A DNA stretch of 64,000 bases, taken from positions 69,911 through 133,910 of the forward strand of contig JBHJGQ010000013.1 in NCBI GenBank assembly GCA_050331595.1, given 5' to 3'. A program made the position numbers and the translations under genes. This DNA comes from Opitutales bacterium. Lineage in GTDB: Bacteria; Verrucomicrobiota; Verrucomicrobiia; Opitutales; JBHJGM01. The notes beneath the pieces were generated by a model, which had not been told where the DNA came from, did not search any database, and saw only the letters and a list, made by a program, of their open reading frames with translations. Below are positions 57,285-64,000 of the stretch, piece by piece (within the stretch, counting starts at the first letter, position 1; each line of letters begins with the position of its first letter).

Positions 57285-58055
57285 ATGAGCGAACAACCTA
57301 CCGTCAACGAGTTGGCCAAGATGATTGACCACTCCCTGCTGCACCCGACCCTGTCCGACGCCGACGTCCAGGCGGGCTGCGAACTGTCACGCGATTACGG
57401 CGTCGCCACCGCGTGTGTGAAGCCCTACTCGATCGCTCAGGCCAAGGACATCCTGAATGGCAGCGGCGTGGAGGTCTGCGCGGTCATCGGCTTCCCCCAT
57501 GGCAACAGCACCACCGGCATCAAGGTCGTCGAAGCCGAGGCCGCTGCCCTTGCGGGTGCGACGGAGGTCGACATGGTGGTCAATATCGGCAAGGTCAAAT
57601 CCGCCGACTGGAACTACGTTTCGCGCGAGGTGTCGCTGATCAATCAGGCCGTCGTGGCCGCCGGGGCAATCCTCAAGGTTATCTTCGAAAACGATTACCT
57701 GACCCACGACGAAATCACGCGCTTGTGCGAAATCTGTAGCGCGGCCGAGGTGGCTTTCGTCAAGACCTCCACCGGCTACGGTTTTGTGAAACAGGACAGC
57801 GGCCAGTATGCGTACAAGGGGGCGACGCACGAGCACCTTAAAGTGATGCGTGCGCGCTGCCCAGACACGGTTCAACTCAAGGCCGCCGGCGGGGTGCGCA
57901 CGCTTGACGATCTGTTGGCGGTCCGGGCTCTCGGGGTGACGCGCATCGGCGCGACAGCCACCCAGGTCATGCTCGACGACGCGCTGGGCCGCGGCTTCGA
58001 CGGTACGCTGCCAAATCCCCGCACCCAAACCGCGAGCAGCCCGGCTGGTTACTGA
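57285..58055 (+). CDS. deoC: deoxyribose-phosphate aldolase
   Basis: MIDHSLLHP...ACVKPY...VIGFPHGN...EVDMVVNIG...FVKTSTGY (Schiff-base Lys context). Confidence 0.93.
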   Translation: MSEQPTVNELAKMIDHSLLHPTLSDADVQAGCELSRDYGVATACVKPYSIAQAKDILNGSGVEVCAVIGFPHGNSTTGIKVVEAEAAALAGATEVDMVVNIGKVKSADWNYVSREVSLINQAVVAAGAILKVIFENDYLTHDEITRLCEICSAAEVAFVKTSTGYGFVKQDSGQYAYKGATHEHLKVMRARCPDTVQLKAAGGVRTLDDLLAVRALGVTRIGATATQVMLDDALGRGFDGTLPNPRTQTASSPAGY

Positions 58056-58065
58056 ACGCAACTGC

Positions 58066-59151
58066 CTATTGCGGACAGACTGTGACGGCGCCGGGCTGGA
58101 TGGGTTGCCCCTCCTGCTCCGCGCTCTGCATGGCTGCGAAGCACAGTTCCAGGCTTTGCAGGTTGCTGTGCGCACTGTGCGAGGGCTCGCGATCTTCCTC
58201 GATGGCGCAAAGCAACTCACCCATTGTCCCGCGAAATCCGTCGGGCATCCAGACGCCTTCCAGCGCGATGTCGGCTTGGCCGTTCGCGGTGTGCAGGGTG
58301 TTCGTGCCGTTCTCAGTGACCGCGCCGCGATGCTCGAACGTGCCCTGAGTGCCGGCGACAATCCAGTGCTCGGTACCGCCAAAGCGGCTGTGCCCGTTGA
58401 AAGAGAGCACAGCGCTGGCTTCCGGGTAAGCCACGATGATTTGCGCCAGCATCGCCGGGGCCAGACCCTGACCGTGGACCCGCCGCATGACCGCTTGCAC
58501 CTGGACGGGCTTCGTCTCCCCAAAAAAAAGCGTCAGGAAGTCGAACCAATGGATGGCGTAATCGTACAGGATGACGTGGCGCACCCGCTCGAAGGCCGTG
58601 CCGCTGATCCAGGTGTGGTCCCAGTTCAGTGCCATGGTCACCGAAGTCAGCGGGCCCAGGTAGCCGGCCGAAATGAGCGCGTGCGCGTATGCCACATACG
58701 GGGCCCAACGACCGTTTTGATTGACGGCCAAGCGCAGACCCTTGGCCTGGGCACGTTCGACCAGAGCGCGCCCTACCTTCAGGTCCTGCACGAAGGGTTT
58801 CTGCGAGAGCACGTGCTTGCCGGCGTCCAACGCATCCGCGATGACGCCCGCGCGCGGTGCCGGGTGCAGGGCGGCGTCGACCACGTCAACGTCTTCGCGC
58901 GCAAGCAAAGCGTGGTGGTCGGTGTAGACGTCCGCCCGCAGGCCAAAATCGTGTATCCGCTGGCGGGCGACCGCCTCGTTCAGGTCGCAGACCGCCACAA
59001 CTTCGTATCCGTCCAGCTGATACGCTTTGAGATGCTGCCGGGTGATGCCCCCGCAGCCAACCAGGCCGATTCTGGGTTTGAAGCGCTGTGGACGCGGGGG
59101 CTTGTAGGGAAGCTCCGGCGCGGGGATGAACGAGGCAGTGGGCGCAGTCAT
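58066..59151 (-). CDS. Gfo/Idh/MocA family oxidoreductase
   Basis: N-terminal Rossmann motif RIGLVGCGGITRQHL, then KHVLSQKPF (EKP-like motif). Confidence 0.88.
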   Translation of the reverse strand: MTAPTASFIPAPELPYKPPRPQRFKPRIGLVGCGGITRQHLKAYQLDGYEVVAVCDLNEAVARQRIHDFGLRADVYTDHHALLAREDVDVVDAALHPAPRAGVIADALDAGKHVLSQKPFVQDLKVGRALVERAQAKGLRLAVNQNGRWAPYVAYAHALISAGYLGPLTSVTMALNWDHTWISGTAFERVRHVILYDYAIHWFDFLTLFFGETKPVQVQAVMRRVHGQGLAPAMLAQIIVAYPEASAVLSFNGHSRFGGTEHWIVAGTQGTFEHRGAVTENGTNTLHTANGQADIALEGVWMPDGFRGTMGELLCAIEEDREPSHSAHSNLQSLELCFAAMQSAEQEGQPIQPGAVTVCPQ

Positions 59152-59213
59152 CCGCCAAGCCTGCCACTGGAGTTTACTCCCGGCAAGCCCGTCACGACGC
59201 CGGTGCCGATGCT

Positions 59214-60593
59214 TTACTCGGCGATGCAGTAGAGCGCGCGCGAGGTGCGGTAGAAGATCTTCTCGTCGACGAAGATGGGCGTCGAGCGCGAGTCCTCCAG
59301 CGTATTCGTGGCCACCAGTTCGTAATCGTTGCCTGGCTTGAGTACGGCCACCTGACCGTTGTCGTGGCTCACGAAAAGGTGCCCGCCCGCCAGCGAAAAG
59401 CTGCCGTAGAGTTGCTGGCCTTTGCCGAAGGGGATGCGCTCGGAAAACAGGATATCGCCGGTGTGGATGTCGATTGCGCTGACCCGCTGGGCGCGATTGC
59501 AGGCGTAGAGAATGTCGTCGACCACAATGGGTGAGGAATAGTAACGGTCACGCGGCGGATTGTTGCGCCAGAGCAGTTCCAATTCGACGGAATCGCCGCC
59601 CAGGCGCTCGGGAATCTTGTAGGCCCAGCCCCCGGTCTCGTCCACGGCGTACAGCACGCCGTCCTGCACGATCGGACAGCCGTAGGGCAGCGTGAACAGC
59701 TCGGAGGCGAGAATCCGGCCATCCTCGGCGCGTACGATGTTGCCCTTGGGCGTGATGAGTACGGGCGAACCGCCGATCTCCGTCACCGCCGCCGTGCCCC
59801 AGGCGTTTTCGACGTCAGCCTGCCAGACGATGGAGCCGTCGTTCGGGCTGAGCGCCATCATCTGCAGGAAGTGCACAACGAGCAGCCCGTCGACCAGCCG
59901 TGGCGACGTGCTGTGGCCCAGCGGGTGAGTCGGTTGCTCGTGCAAAACGGTCCAGAGGCGATTGCCGTCCAGATCGAAGGCGGCCACCACACCCGTTCCA
60001 AATACAGCGTAGACGCTCTGCCCGTCCGATACCGGCGTGGGTGAAGAATAGCCGTTGGCTTCGTGGGTGCGCGGCTTCATCAACCCGCCCATGTTGGCTA
60101 GCGCGGTTTCCTTCTGGTTGATGGTTTCGGAAAGCTCACTGCGGCGGGCCTGCAGTTGTTCCTTTTCCTCCCCCTTGGCCTGGCGAATTTTGCGGCGCAT
60201 CCCGCGTTGCTCCTGGCGCAGCTTTACAAGGTCGGCCTGCAGCGTGGCGATCGTCTCGCGATTGCGTTCCAGCTTCTCGATGGCTTCAGCATCCAGGGCA
60301 TCTTCCATCACCGTTGCCTTGGACCAGAGAATCTCGCCGCTCTCGGCCGAAAGGCAGACCAGCAGGTTGGGCTCGCACGTCAGAAAGATGCGGTCGCCAA
60401 CCAGAACGGGCATGCTGTTGCCCCATTCTGGCAGGGGCGATTCCCAGCGGATGTTGACGCCGCTGGCCCATTCCAGCGGAGGCGAAGATTCCGGAAAGAG
60501 TCCCGAGCCGTCGTTGCGCCAGCCAATCTCGGCGGCATCGGCTAGAGTGAACGGCAGCAGGCACAGGGCGGGTAGCAGGCAGAAAGTACGCAT
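59214..60593 (-). CDS. secreted PQQ-like beta-propeller repeat protein (BamB-like fold) with an inserted coiled-coil segment
   Basis: Signal peptide (MRTFCLLPALCLLPFTLADA). Repeated propeller blades (W...SSP...D...V, G.L.A.D...G..LW) interrupted by about 90 aa of E/K/R/Q-rich sequence (residues about 95-185). Confidence 0.72.
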   Translation of the reverse strand: MRTFCLLPALCLLPFTLADAAEIGWRNDGSGLFPESSPPLEWASGVNIRWESPLPEWGNSMPVLVGDRIFLTCEPNLLVCLSAESGEILWSKATVMEDALDAEAIEKLERNRETIATLQADLVKLRQEQRGMRRKIRQAKGEEKEQLQARRSELSETINQKETALANMGGLMKPRTHEANGYSSPTPVSDGQSVYAVFGTGVVAAFDLDGNRLWTVLHEQPTHPLGHSTSPRLVDGLLVVHFLQMMALSPNDGSIVWQADVENAWGTAAVTEIGGSPVLITPKGNIVRAEDGRILASELFTLPYGCPIVQDGVLYAVDETGGWAYKIPERLGGDSVELELLWRNNPPRDRYYSSPIVVDDILYACNRAQRVSAIDIHTGDILFSERIPFGKGQQLYGSFSLAGGHLFVSHDNGQVAVLKPGNDYELVATNTLEDSRSTPIFVDEKIFYRTSRALYCIAE

Positions 60594-60751
60594 GAATCGA
60601 ATGGGTCAGAATTCGGGCAGGAGACGCGGATTTTTCGGTGAGCATGCCGGCCAATCGGGTGACGCGCAAGCGTAGGCAACCGCCTGCGGGCGAGCTCGAT
60701 GGGGCGGATCTTTCCCGTTGTCATCGCAGGCCTTCGGACCAGACTCCCCGG

Positions 60752-61291
60752 ATGAGTTCCGAGCGCGTCAAGGCGGCCATCCGTACCATCCGCGGTTTTC
60801 CCAAGCCGGGCATCAACTTTCGCGATGTTCCGGCGCTTTTCGAGCAGCCCGATCTCTTCGAGTACGTGATCGCGCAGGCCGCGGACTGGTTTGCGAATCA
60901 TGCCTGTGACTCGCTGGTGGGGATCGATGCACGCGGGTTCGTGCTGGCTGGGGCGCTGGCGGCGCGCGTGCGCAAGCCGCTGTACCTCGTTCGCAAGAAA
61001 GGAAAGATCCCTACCGACACCGTCCAGGCCGACTACCAACTGGAATACGGCTCGGCCACGCTCGAGTTGTCGCGCACGGCACGTTTCGATGGGGCCAGCG
61101 TGCTGATCGTCGATGACTTGCTGGCGACCGGGGGCACCGCCGAGGCAACCTGCCGGCTGTTGCGCGAGCTGGGCGCGACACGGCTGGCCTTCGCCACCAT
61201 CGTCAGTTTGTCGGACCTCTCCGGCAAGGAGCGCCTCGAGCAGGCTGGGGTGCCCGTGCGCCACATCTGCGCTTTTTCCGAAGCCGAGTAA
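60752..61291 (+). CDS. apt: adenine phosphoribosyltransferase
   Basis: ATG at 60752. IRTIRGFPKPGINFRDV and the PRPP motif VLIVDDLLATGGTAEA. Confidence 0.93.
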   Translation: MSSERVKAAIRTIRGFPKPGINFRDVPALFEQPDLFEYVIAQAADWFANHACDSLVGIDARGFVLAGALAARVRKPLYLVRKKGKIPTDTVQADYQLEYGSATLELSRTARFDGASVLIVDDLLATGGTAEATCRLLRELGATRLAFATIVSLSDLSGKERLEQAGVPVRHICAFSEAE

Positions 61292-61294
61292 GGC

Positions 61295-61960
61295 TTACCG
61301 GAGTGCTTCCGGACGCACCTTGCCCACGACAAAGGACGTCAGAAACAAGCCGCTGACCAGCCCGCCCAGGTGCGCGCCGTAGGCGATGCCCTGGCCTTGC
61401 TGCAGGATGCCGCCGATGTCGGCCACCACGCCAAAAAGCGTCAGGATGAGCAGGTTCATCGGCGGGATGGGGTAGGCGATGGGCCAGATGTCCGGATCGC
61501 GCAGGGGGTAGCGCAGGTACAGCCCTAAATAGGCACCTTCAAAGCCCAAAACCGCCCCCGACGCGCCGATGATCGGGATCGGCGAATCCCAATCGAAGAA
61601 GCATTGTGTGAGGCTCCCGGCGATGCCGGTGATGACGAAAATCGCCAGCCCCCAAAGCACCCCCAGCGCCTGCATTACCAGCCAGCCAAAGATCCACAGA
61701 TACACCAGATTGAACGCCACGTGCTCGATGCCGCCGTGCATCAGCGTGCAAGTGAATACCGTCGATACTTCCAGCAGCGCACCGGGGCTGAACTCGCCCG
61801 CAGCCAATTGCTCGGCGCCCGCGCGGATCTCCACCGGTATCGCCCCGAAGGTCCGCGTCCAGCCTGGGCCAACGGTGACCTGCAGCAGAAAAATCCCGAA
61901 GATGCCGGCGACTGCGGCAATCAGGGCCACCGTAACGGGCTGTCGGCGCGTAGCATTCAT
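61295..61960 (-). CDS. rhomboid family intramembrane serine protease
   Basis: Start at the Met at 61960. HGGIEHVAFNLVYLW, catalytic GASGAVLG, and a later AHLGGLVSG. The upstream part of the track ORF (to 62383) is R/A/T-rich, overlaps the next gene, and is not coding. Confidence 0.85.
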   Translation of the reverse strand: MNATRRQPVTVALIAAVAGIFGIFLLQVTVGPGWTRTFGAIPVEIRAGAEQLAAGEFSPGALLEVSTVFTCTLMHGGIEHVAFNLVYLWIFGWLVMQALGVLWGLAIFVITGIAGSLTQCFFDWDSPIPIIGASGAVLGFEGAYLGLYLRYPLRDPDIWPIAYPIPPMNLLILTLFGVVADIGGILQQGQGIAYGAHLGGLVSGLFLTSFVVGKVRPEALR

Positions 61961-62027
61961 CAATTCGTCGGCCAGTAACCTTTCCTCATCGCCGCCACGG
62001 CAAGCCTTTGCCGCGACACAAAAGGAC

Positions 62028-63089
62028 TCACTCGCCCTCGCCGAAGATCTCCTCCTGGCGCGGTTTGAGGCCAGCGCTGTCCTCGGGGTGAAGGGTGTCG
62101 TTGCGGCGGTGCAGGTGCTTGGGCGGGTGCACCAGGTGACGCGCCAACAGCGTCTCGCGGTCGGCCACGATGCGCGCGCAAATCTGGTCCAGGTGCATGC
62201 CCAGCCAAAGCGCGGTGCTGCTGTGGGGGCGGTAGTCCGCCGGCCCGTACGCGTGGATGCGTCCCGACTGCAGCATGCGGTCGTTTTGCGCGAATTCCTC
62301 CGGCGATTCCGGATCGTAGACCGCGTAGGCCTTGCCGCCAAAGCGCCGCACCACCGAAAAGACCGGCACGTCGCTGGGGCCATCGGCCACGTAGATCATG
62401 TTGGCCATCGGCACACGGCGATCTTCGGCGGGCATGGCAGCGTTGACGTCGATCTCCGGATGTTTGTTGGCCCCCTTGTTGATCTCAAAAATAAAGCGCG
62501 TCTTGATCGTGTTGTCGACCATCCGCCCGATCTGCGAGATTTCGTGCGAGCCGTCGCTCACCGTCAATTCCGGCTGGCGCTCGAAGCCGTAGGGCAGGGG
62601 GTCCTCGACAAACTCGCAGCCGAAGATGCCGTCGACATAGGGCGCGACCGCGCTGCCGCGGATCATTTCGGCCAGGCCCGTGCTGATGATGTAATGCTCC
62701 ACGCGGATGTCGTGACGGCGAAAGCTTTCCTGGGCGCGGACGCGCTCTTGCAGGTGTGCAAACAGCTCGGGCAAGCCCGGGAAGAAGCTTAGTTCCGCGC
62801 CCAGCTCTCGCAGTCGGGCGTTGCTCAAGCCTCGCAGCGGGCCGCTTCGGATCGAGCTGATGAGGTGGTTAAGGTAACACGTCTCCGGCGAAACGGTGAT
62901 GCCGCGCTCGGCGTACAGCCGCGGCAGCGCGTTGACCTCGCTCCAGAAGGCATCCTCGTCGATGTTGTAGGCGCGAAAAAGCGGCGCCTGCATGAAGCCC
63001 GGTACCAGCGTCCGGTCAAAGTCCCAGATGCAGGCAACGATGTTCTGGCTGTTCAGGCGGCCGGGCGGCTCGGGCGGACTGTCGGGCAT
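62028..63089 (-). CDS. HAD-superfamily hydrolase-like protein
   Basis: 353 aa. Motif [10 protein letters not shown], motif II IISTG, motif [11 protein letters not shown]. Subfamily not recognised. Confidence 0.65.
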   Translation of the reverse strand: MPDSPPEPPGRLNSQNIVACIWDFDRTLVPGFMQAPLFRAYNIDEDAFWSEVNALPRLYAERGITVSPETCYLNHLISSIRSGPLRGLSNARLRELGAELSFFPGLPELFAHLQERVRAQESFRRHDIRVEHYIISTGLAEMIRGSAVAPYVDGIFGCEFVEDPLPYGFERQPELTVSDGSHEISQIGRMVDNTIKTRFIFEINKGANKHPEIDVNAAMPAEDRRVPMANMIYVADGPSDVPVFSVVRRFGGKAYAVYDPESPEEFAQNDRMLQSGRIHAYGPADYRPHSSTALWLGMHLDQICARIVADRETLLARHLVHPPKHLHRRNDTLHPEDSAGLKPRQEEIFGEGE

Positions 63090-63282
63090 CGGTTTCCGGG
63101 TCAGAGCGGTTGAATCGACCCAATGCCTCCATGGTCAAGCCGCGCCCCGGCTCGACTCAAGCTCCGATGCGATGGCGCTCAAAGATCCGCCGCGACAACT
63201 TTTTTGGTTCCGCCCGCGACGGATACCCTTGCGCGGTCAGTACAACTGTCACCGACCCTCCCCAAACTCTTGGGGACCCCAC

Positions 63283-63311
63283 TCCATCAACCAAAAACCG
63301 CCCGCGGGTGA
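63283..63311 (-). terminator. possible rho-independent terminator downstream of the PEP-CTERM gene
   Basis: The minus strand reads CCGTCCGCC-TCACCCGCG-GGCGG followed by TTTTTGG, about 55 nt after the stop codon. Confidence 0.45.
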
Positions 63312-63365
63312 GGCGGACGGCTTTCGTAAGACAGGTGATTGAGTAATAGAAGTCCTGACGCAAAG

Positions 63366-64000
63366 CTAGCAAGTGCACAGTCGACGACGCAGCAGGGCAA
63401 TCCCCAGGGCCAGCACGCCCGCAATGGTCGCGTAAGCGCCAGGCTCGGGAACGACCGAAAATGCGTCCAGTGCGAGGTCAGGGGCCAGAACGCTGTTGGC
63501 ACTAACCGAGAGCGTGACCGAAGTGACGGACGTGAGGTCAGCGGTACCGATCAGGTCCGCAAAAGATATTTGCACGGGCAGCGGGTTGGTCGGCAGCACG
63601 AAGCCGACGAAGGACTGCGTGGCCGAGGACGTGGCCCCTCCGATCGACTCCACGGAAACGGTCAGGTCGATGTCGTTGATCGGGTCGTCCAGAAAAGTGA
63701 CCAAGACCGCAAAGGCGGTGTTGATGCCGCCTTGAGTGAAGTCACTCGTGCCGAAATCACTGTACTCTACGCTGAACATCGACGCGGTGATCCCCGGATT
63801 GTTCGCGAAGTTCAGGTTTAGCTGGCCTGTGGGGGAGACGAACAGATTGGAGGCCGTCCCGGGAGCCCCGCTGGGTTCGGAGAGTGTCCAAAAACGCGAC
63901 CCGATCGAACCCGGGATAGGCGTCGGGTTGTTGTCCAGGAAGGTGACATCCGGACCGTTCGGTACGTCGACCACGTTGGTGAGGGTGATCCCTCCAGGCG
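63366..64000 (-). CDS. PEP-CTERM sorting-domain protein (5' end beyond the window)
   Basis: The C-terminus VVPEPGAYATIAGVLALGIALLRRRL has the VPEP motif, a TM helix and a basic cluster. The reading frame stays open from 63974 to the window edge. Confidence 0.75.
   Translation of the reverse strand, partial: PGGITLTNVVDVPNGPDVTFLDNNPTPIPGSIGSRFWTLSEPSGAPGTASNLFVSPTGQLNLNFANNPGITASMFSVEYSDFGTSDFTQGGINTAFAVLVTFLDDPINDIDLTVSVESIGGATSSATQSFVGFVLPTNPLPVQISFADLIGTADLTSVTSVTLSVSANSVLAPDLALDAFSVVPEPGAYATIAGVLALGIALLRRRLCTC

Overview
GC-rich bacterial chromosomal window, densely coding, with about 66 protein genes, one tRNA and no rRNA, CRISPR array, integrase or transposase that I could recognise. 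All calls come from reading the supplied ORF translations for family motifs by eye; nothing was searched or computed. Most of it is housekeeping: purE-purK, tyrA-aroA-cmk, htpG, a pilT-family ATPase, ldhA, cysI, ftsB, msrA, tRNA-Glu, purC, rpmH-rnpA-yidD-yidC, yebC, ogg, apt and deoC. Accessory content, in order: (1) a translationally coupled glycan operon at the left edge, made of 4-5 GT-B glycosyltransferases and a WcaF-like acetyltransferase and ending in a purine-nucleoside-permease-family gene; (2) an ExeA/GspA-like ATPase followed by two GspB-like bitopic proteins with very proline-rich segments; (3) a compact methyltransferase / flavoprotein / type III polyketide synthase operon, with a divergent CrtI-family flavoenzyme upstream and a minimal RNase III-like ORF plus a DUF2007 ORF downstream; (4) two decayed PIN-toxin loci and one frameshifted sugar-phosphate isomerase gene; (5) a PEP-CTERM protein running off the right edge. 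PEP-CTERM sorting, a basic C-terminal tail on YidC and weak Shine-Dalgarno usage fit a PVC-group (Verrucomicrobiota-like) organism, but that is inference only. The type III PKS operon with its appended RNase III-like gene is the most interesting candidate system. I see no clear-cut novel defence or mobile system. Many long ORFs in the track are antisense shadow ORFs typical of GC-rich DNA and were rejected.
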